A stretch of DNA of 55,611 nt from Prorocentrum cordatum. Its lineage: Eukaryota. This document shows positions 1 to 13,297 of this stretch, one piece after another. The translations under genes were made by a program, and so were the position numbers. The stretch covers positions 62,001 through 117,611 of the forward strand of contig CAUYUJ010000149.1 in the NCBI GenBank assembly GCA_963575745.1, read 5' to 3'. The stretch's first letter is position 1. Each line of letters opens with the position of its first letter. Under the pieces are notes generated by a model. It was not told the DNA's origin and did not search any database. It saw only the letters and a program-made list of their open reading frames with translations.

Positions 1-347
1 TAGGTCCTCCACGTTCGCTCTCAGCCGCCTCTGCGGTGGCAACTGCAGCATCTCGCAAGGCAACTCGCGCTTGGGAAGCGCGCCGACGGCCCTCGAGCCC
101 CCCCGCGAGAGGCGAGTGCGACTACGGATATGCCCTGAGCCAATGATACGGAAGCGAACGGATGAGCATTTCTCTGCACCGCGCCCCTCCTGGAGGGGAT
201 CCTTCAGTCCCGCGGCTCCGCCCCCTCAGCCGCGTGACCTTCCGCCCCCCCTCCGCTCCGCCCTCCGCCCACCACCGCCGTCTGTCCAACGCCTGCCCTG
301 CTCTCCTGCAATGCCTCCATTCGCGCCGCGGCCACTGATGTCCGACG

Positions 348-407
<60 letters not shown>
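348..407. repeat. Poly-C run (~60 nt)
   Basis: Directly visible. Length may be affected by sequencing error. Confidence 0.9.
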
Positions 408-408
<1 letters not shown>

Positions 409-674
409 CCCCACCCGCACCCCGCCCTGCGGCGAGGGGGTTTGTTTCGAACCGGGGCGGGCAGAGAAACGCGCGGCCTCTCACGAGGGGGACCTCTGCA
501 AGAAAGAATAGTGGCGCGTCATGTTTTTTCCATGCGTCGACGCGCAGGCTGCAATGAACGCAATAGCTGTGTCGGGCGAGGCAGTACTTCCCACCCTGCA
601 TATGGAAGTAACTATGGATATGTATCGAGGCCCACAGATCAATCGAGGAACTTCTTGAAGCGCTTGAGCAACAG

Positions 675-1653
675 CTAAACTCCCTCGCACGCGTGCCCCA
701 TCGCGCTGCGGGCGGCAACGGCCTCGCACTTCAGCTTCACGCACATATCCGCATCCTTGCCGACAGAAGAAACGCTGACAATTTTGGCAATGAGGATCTC
801 CATGTTCGCCTCGTGGCCATCCGCATTGACCACGCACTTCTTGCATTCAACCGCCCAGTTCTGGAACTGAGCGCGGCCCGCTTGATCCTGATCTCCAGCC
901 TGCGCGAGCAACTGGTTCTTCGTGTGTTTCAACTCCTCGAGCTGCTTCTAATACTTGCAGAGCGTTGATGAAGGTGCGCGAATCCTTCTCCACAAGCTTC
1001 TCATCGCCCATGTTGCGCACCAGGAAGTACCATTGCTTTCAAAGAGGCCTCTTCTTTTCATCTTCCATTACAGGCTATTCTTCTGCGGTGCCATGCTCAG
1101 CGCTATTCTCCTCCCACCAGTCCTGCACGAAGGCCACGGCCTCCTCGATGTTCTCAAAATCTCCGATGCTGAAGTCATTCGATGCCGGCGCCTGCGATGC
1201 GTTCTGGTACCCCCTCTTGCCAGACCAGGCGCGCACCTCCTCGTTCGTGCAAGTCTCTTCGAAGGTGGACATCCAATCTAGCGTCTTCTCCTTATCGCTT
1301 GCGAAGCTCTGCAAGCAGCGCCTCCGATCGCTTGGGTCTTTCATCCCGTTCCACATGGCCTGCGCTGCTTTGGCTGTCCCTGCAGCGGACGTAGTTTTGC
1401 CGTCGGCGCCCTTCCTCTCGGACTGGCAGCGGAGCCGCGCCCTCATTTTGTCGGCCTCGACCTTGTCGAGCCCGCTGCCCTTCGGAGCAGCCTTCGCTTT
1501 CTGTGCCGCTGCGGGGCCCGGCTTGCCATCGGTCTTCTTCTTCAGGGCCACGCTGCACACTGGCGCGATGAGAGCGCCCATCAGGAGCAGAGGAGCGACG
1601 CCGGCAGGGCCGCCCACGGCTGCCGCGAGCGCAAACACACCCAGCACTTGCAC
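675..1653 (-). pseudogene. Decayed intronless ORF, unknown protein
   Basis: ORF 1075-1653 reads as natural protein (KVEADKMRARLRCQ...KTLDWMSTFEET...AVAFVQDWWEEN). It continues past the TAG at 1075-1077 and, after a frameshift, into ORF 675-932. No family recognised. Confidence 0.45.
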
Positions 1654-2052
1654 TCACAAAAGCTTCGGCAAGCCCGATCGCCTCGCAGCCTCAACACCTG
1701 CTAACGAATTGCAAGTTCATCGTCGCCGTCGTCGGCGTCGCCGAGGCATCCCCTCAAAGAGGGGTTCGCTTCTCTCCCCCCCAAGGGGTTCGACGCCCTC
1801 GCGGTCGTCTCCTTTCCCTCCCAGAAGGGTCGTTTCATCGCTCATGGCGGCGCGGGCTCCTCCACAAAGGGGCAACGCGTTCCCTCAAAAAGGAATCCAT
1901 CTCCTCGCACTCGTTCTCGCAAGGGCCCCCCCCCCTCGGCAAGGGGCCCGCCATGGCTGCGCCGCGCCCCGCCCCCCTTCAGGAATGAGCACCTGCCCCC
2001 CAACAATTGTTCTTAGGGGGGTAACCCCACTGCCCCCGCTGCGAGCGCATCA

Positions 2053-2157
2053 TAAGAGAATTCTCTTAAGAGAATTCTCTTAAGAGGATCGTTGGTTTCG
2101 CCTGAGACATCCCCGCAATTCTCTCAAGAGAAATCTCTAAATATAATTCTCTTAAGG
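2053..2157. repeat. Palindromic AAGAGAATTCTCTT repeats
   Basis: Two tandem 14-mers make a perfect 30-bp palindrome at 2053-2082. Degenerate copies lie at 2118-2157. Confidence 0.9.
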
Positions 2158-3519
2158 GAACCCCTCCTGAAGCGAATCGGCGTGGCCTTCAAGTTGCCCC
2201 TCTGACAGGGGTTGCTGCGCGTTCCCCTGCGATGAAGGGGGTCCAATTATGATCGCGTCTTGTTTTGTTCTGGCGCGAGAGATCGCGCTCCTGTATATGC
2301 ATGCATGGATGTCGTCGGCTCAGGGCACGCCGACCTCAGAGCTTGGCGCCCTGGGGCGGATGAAAAATGTAAGAATCAACGAGGATCGACAACGGCAGGA
2401 ACCAGGGCGATGGAGGCGCTGGCGATGAGCAGAAGCAGGAGGAAGGGACGACAAGGACGATGATGATAAACTGCCCTAGCTCTTCTTCTGCCGCTTCGAC
2501 CCCCAGCCCCTTGGTCTTGTCTTTGTCGTTGTCTTTGCCCTTTCTGCGCGCCTTGTGTTGCCCGCTTCTCGCCTTGCGCCTCGTCCCCTGTGCCTTTTGT
2601 TGCTGCCCGCTGCTGAGCTGCTGCTTCCTCGGCTTTTGCTGCCCGCGCCGACGCATCCTCAGCTGCTCGCTGCTGAGCTGCTCGCCCCCCCGCGGCCTTC
2701 GCTACTGCCGCTGCCCTCGAGGCCTTCGCTGCCCGCGCTGCTGCTTCGGCGTGCTCGGCTCGCTCGGCGGCCCCCGCTGCTTCCTTGGCTGCCTTCTCCG
2801 CTTCCTCTCTCAGCGCGGCCTCGATCCTCAATCTGCGTTCTGCCTCCGCCCTCAGCGCATCATTCCTTAGCTTTTGTTGTAGCCGCCGGTGGCGGGCGAT
2901 CGCTTGCTGCGCTCTCATCTCTATTGCCCGTCTCACGCGTTCCTCGCGCACTTGCAATCGCTCCGCAGCCGCTTCCGCGTTCTCCAGTTGCCGACGGAGC
3001 AGCGCGCGACGGGCCTCCAGCTCTCGAATGAGCCCGCGATGCTCGTCGTCGCATTCCTCCTCCGCGCCTTGCCCCCTCGCCCCCCCCCCCTCTTCGGGGC
3101 CCGTTTCCTCGCCGCGCTCTCCTTCAGAGGATTCGATCTGTTCGGCCCCACCCTCATCTTCTCCTGCGAGCGGTTCTGCTGCGGGCGGTTATGTTGCTGC
3201 TGTTGCCGCTGCTGCGGCTGCTGCTGCTGTTCCTCCTGCAGCTGCGTCGGCTGCTGATGCTGCTGCCAATTGCCTCGGGTGGAGGAAACGGCGGTTGCCT
3301 TGGCTGTGGCGGACGCTGCGTTCCTCCTGCAGCGTCGCCCATCTCCTCGGGGCGCAAACTATAACCGCCCCCCTCACGAGAAGGGCGCCCCTTTGCGCCT
3401 ACCCTCCTCCGCCCCGCCCCCTCACGAGAGGGTTTGTCATCGCGCTTCACCCCTCGCACATGGGATCGGAGGGATCGACCCCATCTTGTCCGCGCGGAGG
3501 GAAGGGGGGGAACGGTCCG

Positions 3520-4497
3520 TCAGCGCGTCGAGCAGCGCGCTGCCCCTGCGATCGCATCTGCGCTGCCAGCGCCTTCAGGGCGCAGAAATAGCATGGGCGA
3601 AATAAAAATCAGAACGTCAAACTTCGAAAAACAATCCCCCATGCTGAGGGGCCTTGTAGATCCCCACGCCCTCATTGGAATGCGTTTCGCCCTTAAGTCG
3701 CCGTGCTCTGTCCGCTTCGCTTTTGCCGCCGCGCCACCTCCTTTCGTTGCGGTCTTCGCCCCCCCTCTCGTGGAACCAGCGGGCGGCGTGGCGCTCTTGG
3801 CATGGGCGAGAAGTGCGCGCTTGGAAGTATGATCTCTGCCCGCGTTGCCAGCGCCGGCGGCAATTCGCTTTCCTGAGCCACAACCTGCGGGCGCTCCGCG
3901 TGCATTTGCGCCACCCTGCCTTCGCGTCCGCTGCGAGCTCCTCCCCCTCGTCAGAGTCGGCGTCGCCAAAGTGGCCCTCCCCCTGCGCGGGGGGGCATCA
4001 AATCGCCATTTCCCCCCCCGAAAAAATGGACCGATCCGCCCCCTCTGACAGGGGTCTCTGTTTGCGAATCCCCTCATGGATGGGGGGGCCTTGCGCAATT
4101 TGCAGCCCCCCCCCCCCCCCCTCGCTCGCGCCCTCGCGAGGCCGCTTGCCGCCGCCGCCGCTGTCGCCGCCCGGGGGCAGTCCGCCGCCGCAGGCGCCAG
4201 GCGCCACCATGGCGGATGCCTGGGGGCCAAAAACAGATACCTTTCCGACTTGGAACTCCCCCCACGCACCTCCGCCCCCTCATCCTGCCCCAACTGCCCA
4301 CGCTGCAACCGCGCTGCCTGGGGCGCCAAGAAGCGCAGGACGAACGCCCGCATGGCTGCGAGCTCGCGCCGGCTCTTGGGGCGCCCCCCCCAGGCGTCGC
4401 TGGCCGCCAGCTCTATCAAACGGTTGCGGACAACGAAAAGAATGTCAAACGGAAAAGGGATGGACTTTGGGGGGGGGGGGCGCCATGCTGAACGCAT
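3520..4497 (-). pseudogene. Decayed ORF, possibly DNA-transposon related
   Basis: Protein-like stretches FDILFVVRNRLIELAASDAW and TEHGDLRAKRIPM...FDVLIFISPMLFL are separated by G/C-run-corrupted sequence. The transposon assignment is only an inference from context. Confidence 0.25.
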
Positions 4498-4831
4498 TGC
4501 CGCATATTATGTCGCGCCGCCTGTCTCACTTGCATCTCGCGGCGGCCCCCTCCCACAGGGGGGGTCCTTCGCGGAGGGGGGCGCCGATGAGGCTCTGCTG
4601 AAACGCCATCGAAGGGTCCCCCTTCTCGCAACAGCGTTGCAATATGTGGCGCCGTCGCGCCTTCAAAGGGCCCCCCCCCCACGAAGGGGCGCGCGCCCCT
4701 GCGATGAGGGGCGTCGCCTCTCACTTCCCATGCCAGAAAACCGAAGAAGACGACCAAGACGACCGCAATGTTGATGGATGCGATGCTGATGATGCATGAT
4801 CGGACGATGGATGTGCTGATGATTTTTGCAT

Positions 4832-6420
4832 TTAGCAGCCTACGCGCAATGCCAGTAAGCGGTCGGCCTCCGCTTTTGCTGCCCCTTCAGTCACGGTGCC
4901 GACGAGCATGGCCGCCTTCAGCTCTCCCCAATTCTGCCTGGGCGCATCCTCGTCCACGGTGTCTCTGCACCTCTTCCCGCCGAAGCTCGCGAATTGGATA
5001 TTCTGGCCGTGCTTCCGCCTCAACCCGATGGCGCGGCCCTCGTGGCAACGCATCGCGCCGCGCCCATCGGGGGCCGCCGACAGCGGGGGGCCAGCGTCGA
5101 CAGCATCTGCTTCCACGGGGGCGTCGGGCCCCAGCTGCTCCCCCCCCCCCCCCTCCCCCTCCTCGTCCGCGCCCTTCCCCATCAGCGGATTCGGTTTCGC
5201 GGCTGCTGTTTTTTTGTCCCTGCGGGCTTCTTGCGCGCCGCCGTTGCTGGCTTGCCCCTCTTTGCCACCGTCGCCTTCGCCTTCAATGCCACCGCCTTCG
5301 CTGCTAGCAACGCGCTGGGCCGCTCCGCCCTCCACCCGCCGTCGGGAAACACCGCGTTCAAGAAACCGCCGTCTCCTCTGGCCAGCCGCCCCCGCCCCCC
5401 CCTGTCCGCGAACTTCAGCGCCAAGCACGTCGGATCGGAGCTGACGTCGAAAAACTTAGTCAGGGGATCCGGCGGCGGGTCGCACGCTTCTTTGCCCCCC
5501 CCAGAAGGGGTTCACCCAAACTCCCACGGCAGCGAAAGGCGCGACAATCCATTGCCCCGCCGGAAAGAGATCGAACACAAATGCGTTGCCATGTGCAAAA
5601 AAACACAAAAAACTCTACCATGCCGTTCCTCCTCCCCCCCCCCCACCCCCCCCCCCCCCCCCCCCTTCTTCCACATCGCCCTCCCCCTCCAGCCTGCCCG
5701 CCCCCCCCCCCCCCCCCCACCCCCCCCCCCCCCCCCGATCGACCCTCCTCCGGGGCCGCCGCGGCGGGCGATTCAACGAACTCGCCCTCCGACATGTCGA
5801 CGCCCTGCGACGACAACGCCATCATGGAACTGATGGCAACCTTTTGCTTCTTCGGCTTCGGAGGGGGGCTGATGCCGGACGCGTTCTCGACGACATCGCG
5901 CCTGCAGTCCAAGCTCGAAGACGCGGGGGCGCTGGGCGACGCGGCGGCCGCGGGGGCGCTGGACGACGCGGCGGCAAGCGAGACCTCCAGGTCGGAGCTG
6001 CTGTCGGCGCGCTGGCCTTTGGATCCCATTGTGCCTGAGCTTTCCCTTCCGCGCTGCGAACCCATGGCGACACCCGGCAGCTTCACGTGCGGATTCATCG
6101 TCGTCCCTGTCTTCGCAAGGTAGAATTTGCCGCACACGCGGCTGCGTGAATTCGACACATCCTGGCAGAAACGCCTGCACTCGTGCTGGTGCATGCTCGG
6201 TTTCTACTGCATCGCAACGTCGTGGAGGCTCTTCCATTTGATGCGTTTGGTGTGCTCTGCAAGCGGTAGGAGGAAAGGCATGTTGTTCTTCATGAACTCA
6301 TCCGTGCCCCCCTGCAATTGGCAACGCTCGATCAAGCCGATGCGGTGTTCCATCAGCGCCTGCAACTGATCGACGCTGACCGTGGACGTCCGCCTGCCGC
6401 CACCCGTGGTCATGTTGGCC
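4832..6420 (-). pseudogene. Decayed intronless ORF with K/A/S-rich linker, unknown protein
   Basis: ORFs 6204-6569 and 5460-6194 are in the same frame across one stop (…KWKSLHDVAMQ*KPSMHQHECRRFCQD…). The C-terminal part AIGLRRKHGQNIQFASFGGK…AKAEADRLL lies at 4832-5050, interrupted by C-runs. Confidence 0.45.
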
Positions 6421-7014
6421 ACGCCCGCGCGAAACGCGCGAACAAAGGAAGCACGATGCCCTCGAGCCTTCGGTGCTACGGATCCCGCATGGGCGGATGA
6501 TATGCGATGCCCCTCACTCAGGGGATCCAAGAACGGCGCGCTGGAAGAAGGATTAATCGACCCGCTCAAAAATCCTGGGTTGCATTATAATTCGTCCCAT
6601 GAAAATCATAGGGTTATCTTATTAGTCGATCCCGCGTTATCCAGCAACCTTGGGGTCTCAAGGCTGGGCCCGGACCTGGTCCGGACCCCCCCCGGTCCAG
6701 ACCCCCCCGGTCTGGACCCAGAACCTCGTCGTTGGACCCCCATGGTCTGCGGCGGCGGCGGCGGCCCTCTCGAGAGAGGGAGGCGGGAGCAAGCATCTCG
6801 AGGCGGATCCAGCCGTGAACCCCCGGGGGCCGAACCTCGAACTTTGGTCCTCCGTCGACGGCGGCGGCGGCGACGACGCCGGGGGCGGCAGGGCGGCGAC
6901 GGTTCCCTCGCGACGGGCTCCTCGTCGCCGCGGCTGGATCCGCCTGGAGATCCTCGTCAGAACGCTGGCTCCCCCCCCCGACCCCTGGCGGGTCGCAAGG
7001 TCAGGCCCTCCTAT

Positions 7015-7556
7015 GATGACGACGGCGACGGCGACAGCGACGACGACGACGACGACGACGACAGCGACGACGGCGACGAACGACGGAACGACAACGGCCG
7101 GGCACCACGGCGTCGGCGTCGTCGTCGACCCTCCTCCTCGCTCCTCGCCTCGCTCCTCCTCCTCCTCCTCCTCCTCCTCCTCCTCCTCCTTTTCCTCCTC
7201 CTCCTCCTCCTCCTCCACCTCCTCCTCCTCCTCCTCCACCTTCTCCTCCTCGTCCTCCTCATCCTCCTTCTTCTTCTTCTTATTATGCTTGTTCTTACTA
7301 TCTTTATGATCAGTATTACTATTATTAGTATTATACTAATAATAATATTATTGTTATTATTCATATTAATACGAATAATAATAATATTAACAATAATACT
7401 AATAAAAATAATAATACTAATAATACTAATAATACTAATAGTAATAATAGTATTAATAATATTAATAATCAAAATAATAATAATAATAATAATAATAATG
7501 ATGATGATGATGATGATGATGATGATTAGTATTATTATTATTATTATTACTACTAA

Positions 7557-7637
<81 letters not shown>

Positions 7638-7787
7638 GATTATCCTTCTCCTCCTCCTCCTCACCCTCCTCGTCCTCCTCCTCCTCCTCGTCCTCTTCCT
7701 CGTCCTCCTCCTCCTCCTCGTCGTCCTCCTCCTCCTCGTTCTCCTCCTCCTCCTCCACCTCCTCCTCCTCCTCCTCCTCCTCCTTCT
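7015..7787. repeat. Compound trinucleotide microsatellite (GAC)n-(CCT)n-(AAT/ATT/GAT)n-(CCT)n
   Basis: Directly visible. Confidence 0.95.
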
Positions 7788-7857
7788 TTGGTTTTCAAAC
7801 TGGGTCGTCGCTTACGCGCGCGGGGCGCCCAACGTCGCATCCGACCAATATTCGGGC

Positions 7858-8035
7858 CGAACCGAACCGGACTGGCCAATCGAACCGAACCTGGTCGGAC
7901 CGAACCGCACGAAAACCGGAACCGAACCGAACCGGCGGCAGACCCAAGCCGAACCGGCCGAAACCGAACCGACGTCAAAATCGAATCGGCCAAGAAAAAC
8001 CGAACCAGCTGCAGAACCGGACCGAACCGAATCGC
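7858..8035. repeat. Degenerate (GAACC)n pentanucleotide tract
   Basis: Recurrent accgaaccg units. Confidence 0.85.
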
Positions 8036-8124
8036 GCCGATCCCTTCGTGTATATGTGTAAATGTTATGTATGTGTGTATGTGTGTTGCCCTTCGGACCA
8101 TCCCGCCACGGTGCCTGGGCTGTG

Positions 8125-10730
8125 TGTCAGAGGCCTCTTGGGTGTTCGCTGGTACCTCGTGGAAAGCCTCTCGGGAACGTCGTCGAGGGCGGCTGGGAAG
8201 CCTCTGGGGAGCCGTTTTGGAGTTTCTGGGGGCCTCTTTCGGGCCTCTGGGGGGCCTCTTGGGGCCTAATAGGGGGCCTCTTGGGAACGTCGAGGCGCCT
8301 CGTCGGGGCCTCGTTGGGCGTCCTGGGGGCCTGGGGGAGCGGAAGGCTGGAATTGTGGGTTCGTGTTCCCCTTCTTGGGGCCCCTCTGGGCCACTCTGGG
8401 GCCCCTCTTGGGCCATCTTGGGGGGCCTCTGGGGCCGCCCTGGGGCCCTCTCGAATTATCTTGGGGCTGCCGAGAAGTCTGTGACACCGTCTTCGGGCGC
8501 TCTTGGACCCCTCTTGCGCCGTTTCGGGGCGGTCGTGGGCGCCTCTTGAGCCCTCTAGGAGCCTCAAACCATAAGACAAATCATATGTTTTGCCTCTTGG
8601 GGCACTCGTCGGGGTTCTCTGGGAACCTTTTTGCGGCCGTCTTGGGACCTCTTGGTCCGTCTGGAAAGCTTCTTGCACCGTATGACACCCTTGCAGGCCA
8701 TCTTCAGGGGGGCTCGGGGCCGTCTTGGGCCACCGGATCGGCTGTCTGATCGCTCTGGAGGCCGATCTGCTGCCTCCCAACCGCGGGCCCGTCCCCGAAA
8801 CGCTCCGAAAACGTGGCTAAAAAGGGGCTGCGGGGGGGAGTTTTGAAAAAGTGTGCCGCCCCGGGGGCTGGGTGCCTGGTTCCCCCATATTTATCCTAGG
8901 ATCACGCGCGCGCTTCGCGCGCGTTAGGTCGCGCTCGAGGATCTCGCCGTGCCGCGGGTTCCCCCCCTTGTTGTGGCTCCTCTCGCGCTCTGCCTGCCCC
9001 CTTCCTCGGGGCGTGGAACGGAGGCAACGAGCGAGCACTACTTATCGAGGGAGATTGCTTCGATCAAAGAAGAGGTGGACATGTGTTGCATTCCCAGGCA
9101 TCAGTAGTCTAACAAATACATACAATTGTATTCCGTTGGAGCGTTTTCGGCATCGCGACGCTCCAAGACCGCCCAAGAGGGCTCCAAGACGGCCTAAGCG
9201 GCCTCCAAGACGGCCCAAGAGGACCCCAAGAACGCTTTAAGAGAAGCCCCAGAGGGGGAACACGAATCAACGTTTCGAGCCCTCGGCCCTAAGAAGCCCC
9301 CAGGAGGCGACAAGAGGCCCCAAAGAAGCCCCAGGAGGCTCCCAAAAGGCCCTCGAGATAGCCCCCAGACGCTCGACGAGGCTTTCAAGAGCACTCCCAA
9401 GGGGGCCCCAAGAGGCAAAATTCATGGTGCGTTCCTTAAGTTTGGGGGAGATGTTGGCGTCTCCACCTTTTCGGCATCGCGACGCCCCAAGACGGCCCAT
9501 GAGGCCCCCAAGATCGCCCTAAGAGGCCCGAGAGGCCTCCGACAGGGCCCCAAGACGGCCGAAGAGGGTTCAAGACGGCCCAAGATGCCTCCAAGACGGC
9601 CCAAGAGGGCTCCAAGAACGCTCTACGAGAAGAACGCTCGAAGCGAAGCCTCAGACGGAGGAACACGAAACAACATTTCGAGCCCACGGCCGTAAGAAGC
9701 ACCCCGGAGGCGACAAGAGGCCACTTTGAAGCCTCAGGAGGCCCCCAAAAGGCCCTCGAGATAGCCCCCAGACGCCCCACGAGGCTTTCAAGAGCACTCC
9801 CAAGAGGGCCCCAAGAGGCAAAATTCATGGTGTGTTCCTCAAGTTTGGGGGAGATTTTGGCGTTTCCACCTTACAGGCATCGCGACGCCCCAAGACGGCC
9901 CAAGAGGCCTCCGACAGGGCCCCAAGACCGCCCAAGAGGGTTCCAAGACGGCCTAAGAGGCCTCCAAGACGGCCCAAGAGGACCCCAAGAACGCTCTAAG
10001 CGAAGAACGCTCTAAGAGAAGCCCCAGAGGGGGAACACGAAACAACATTTCGAGCCCTCGGCCCTAAGAAGCCCCCCAGAGGCGCCAAGAGGCCACTTTG
10101 AAGCCTCAGGCCGCCAAAAGGCCCTCACGAGGCCACCAAGAAGCTCCCAAGCCGCTCCCAAGCGGCTCCAGGAGGCCCCCGAAATGCCCCCCCGACCACG
10201 CTAGCAAGTGCCAGCGATGCGGCTCCAGGAGGCCCCCCAAATGCCCCCCCGACCACGCTAGCAAGTGCCAACGATGCTACAATATGGGCAGCGAGCACAA
10301 AGAAATGGGAAACTTCCGCACAGCGCTCCGTCTACCCTCCTCAGGCACTCCTCCTCCTTCTCCTCCTCCTCATCCTCCTCCTCCTGATCCACTCCTCCAC
10401 TCCTCGATGGAGCGGTCCATCGCCGGGTGGGAGTCGCATCAGGCGCCGCGGGCTTGCAACGCAGCGCCGAAAAGGTGAGACGGCCCAAGAGGCCTCCGAC
10501 ACGGCCCAAAATGGCACCAAGACAGCCCAAAGAGGAGGCCCAAAGTGGGAACCGGAACGGACATATCGAGCCTTCGGCCCCAAGCGGCGCCCAGAAGCCC
10601 CAAGATGCTCCCAAATGCTCCCAAAGGAGCTCCAAGAAACCCCAAAGAGGCTTCAACAGAAACCCAAGAGGCCCCCAAGAAACCCCCAACGAGGACCCCA
10701 AAAGGCCCCGAAAAGCCCAAACGCCAGCGA
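8125..10730. repeat. Degenerate GGCCCCAAGA-rich repeat family, including ~330-410 bp tandem units at 9145-10130
   Basis: Anchor ggcatcgcgacgc(c/t)ccaagac recurs at ~9149, ~9473 and ~9876. 8125-8740 is the same motif family in reverse orientation. A 57-bp tandem duplication lies at 10162-10276. Related patches occur at 12770-12890 and 37560-37640. Confidence 0.8.
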
Positions 10731-11744
10731 GGGCACAATACGGGCCGGCGGAATGAGCGAAGCGATGAAATAAATACATACAATTGTCTTCCGTTGGAGC
10801 GTGGACTTACAGTGCACCAGTTGACACGGGTAAACAAAGGCAAGGGCGCATCCGAATTGACTCATTTGCGATCTGGGGAGGACAGCACCGAGAATATACA
10901 CACCCATGCAAACGAAATTGTTTGAGATTGCACATCTTCTCCAACATGCGACCAACATGTGTTTGAAGAGGTACTGGTTTCGGAAAGTTGGGCCGATGGA
11001 GACCAAATCGATGCAAATCCGTGCAATGGGAGAGCGGAGAGCCTAAAATGGATTTGCGCAAAACTGTTCACCACCGTCTCAAGGAGAGCGAGGATTTTGC
11101 CAGATCACACAAGAAGAGAATGTTTCCCCATGGCCGTGGAAAGACGAGCACGCATCAATGCCGTGGCATCCAGAGTACAAGTGCCATTCACCGACATAGA
11201 GGACGCCCTCGCCCGCCTCCTTTCGGCGGGGAAGGTCATAATAACGAGGGTCAGCAAACATGGAGGTTTGTACGCACCGATAGAATGGGAAATGCACAGC
11301 ATAATATTCCTCATGAGAGCAGCGCGCAACAACATAAACATCATGATCACCCGAAGAGAAGGAAAGATACAAGAGGGTAGGCACGCAGCGGCGCGCATTT
11401 GGCGCATCGGATCAGGCGGCGGAGGAGGCGGGGGAGGGGGGCAGCTGGCGGTGGAGGAGTTCTCTCGTGTAGCTGGCGATTTGCCCGCAATTGTCTGGCC
11501 TTCCTGTGGGACGCGCGCGCTGCACGAAGGCAGCAGCGCCGACCTCCCTGCTTCTGCTAATCACGTAAACGCTTCTGGGCAGGGTCTCCCTGCTAGCGGG
11601 GTACCCAGCACCTGGAGTCAACCAGGGACTGGGACCCCCCAGGCAAGCTCCTAGGATTGGCAACGATCCAGGAGGCCTGTTTCCACTTAAATCACCCAGA
11701 GGTCAGCATGCGAAGTGAGTTAAGACACAGACCCCCAACGTCCG

Positions 11745-11885
11745 TATCCTAATCCTTATCCTTATCCCTATCCTTATCCTTATCCTTATCATTATCCTGC
11801 TCCTCATCCTCCTGCTCCTGCTCCTGCTCCTGCTTCTGCTCCTGCCCCTGCTCCTGCTCCTGCTCCTGCTCCTCCTCCTCCTCCT

Positions 11886-11931
<46 letters not shown>

Positions 11932-11940
11932 CTCATCCTC
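11745..11940. repeat. Compound microsatellite (CCTTAT)n-(CCTGCT)n-(CCT)n
   Basis: Directly visible. Confidence 0.9.
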
Positions 11941-12424
11941 ATCTCTGGGACGACGGCCAGACGGGGTTTCCGTGCGGCGGCTCGCAAGTGGACCGCGCTT
12001 TTCTGCGCTTCCTCCGATCAGTCCTGCACTTGCGGGTGCTCAGACGGACGCACCCTCGCAGACGCACCGTGACGAAAAAAATGCCGGTCGCGTGCGCGCG
12101 TTGGTGCGGGCCCCTGCTGGACACAGAGGCGTCGCACCGAAGAAGGTACAGGGGCGCCCTGTTCGAGAGGCGCCACATCCAGGAGGCCCTGGGAAGAGGC
12201 AGGGCACAGACAAGCCGCATTCAACAAGGATGAAAGGGAAATGGAGGCAGACTCAGACTCGAGGCTCCGCTGGCCTCCGATGTGCTCCAGGGCATGGGGA
12301 AATCTATACTCCACACCACCGACTGGCAACGAAATCGTGTACAGCATATGCAGAATGAATGACAAGAACAGTAAGAAGACAACGATAATAGTAGGGCGCT
12401 CCCCTTGACGCTTCTCCGCTTGAG

Positions 12425-12460
<36 letters not shown>

Positions 12461-13297
12461 TCGCCACTCCCCCCCTTGACGCTTTTCGCTTAAGTCGTCG
12501 TCGTCGTCGCCGTCGTCGTTCCCCCACTTTCCCTGGGCCGTCCTTCTCAAGCGTTCCAGCCAGAGGAAAATCGAACAACGTCGTACGCAATCGAGTCGAA
12601 GGGAAGCCCCTTCCCTTTGATCCCTCCCCCCCGGGGGGCTTGTCCCCGAGGGGATCCCGGAGGTTGTGCCAGCCCCCGGAAGGTGCACCCCATCCTGGGA
12701 GCAGGCTTCCCATTCAATATCTTGTCTCCCTGGCGCCTCGAGCTCGCTTGCGTCGCGGCTTGTTTCAGGAGGGCCCTGAAACAGCCCAAGCTCGCTCCCA
12801 GACGGCCCACGATACCCTCAAGACGGCCTCAGAAACCCCCAAGACGTCTCAGGAGAGCTCCAAGAGGACACCCAAGTGGGCCCCAAGAGGCGAAAGCATG
12901 GAGTTGCATGCAGCTGGGCCACGCATGTTTCGCGTCCTCGCCTTCTCGTCGTCGTCGTCGTCATCATCGTCGTCGTCGTCGTCGTCGTCTTCGTCGTCGT
13001 CGTCCATCAGGGTCGGCAACACTGGCCGTAAGGCCTTCCCATTGCGAAGAAGTATCCCGTGATACATAACAATCAATGCTCGAATCAAACATGAAACGGA
13101 CGCCGAGCCTATTTGGCGTTAAGGTCAGACACTTGAACGGAGCAGGTACCAGGTGGCCCAGTGATATGCCCACACGTGAAGGATGCAAGTGCGTTCCCGT
13201 GCAAAAGCCCTGATGCTCTTCGATCGATAACTAACTGACGAGTGGCTCGCCAAGGTACCCTGTGCCATGCAGCCAGGCAGCCTCCTGACCCTCGAGG

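Noticed and set aside
6382..8061. 559-aa ORF with poly-L/I/M/D
   Set aside because: It is a translation of compound trinucleotide microsatellites with no codon or domain signal.
10959..11410. Lower-GC 231-aa ORF region
   Set aside because: It is probably a decayed element fragment, but there is no recognisable motif or consistent frame or strand, so it is not called.
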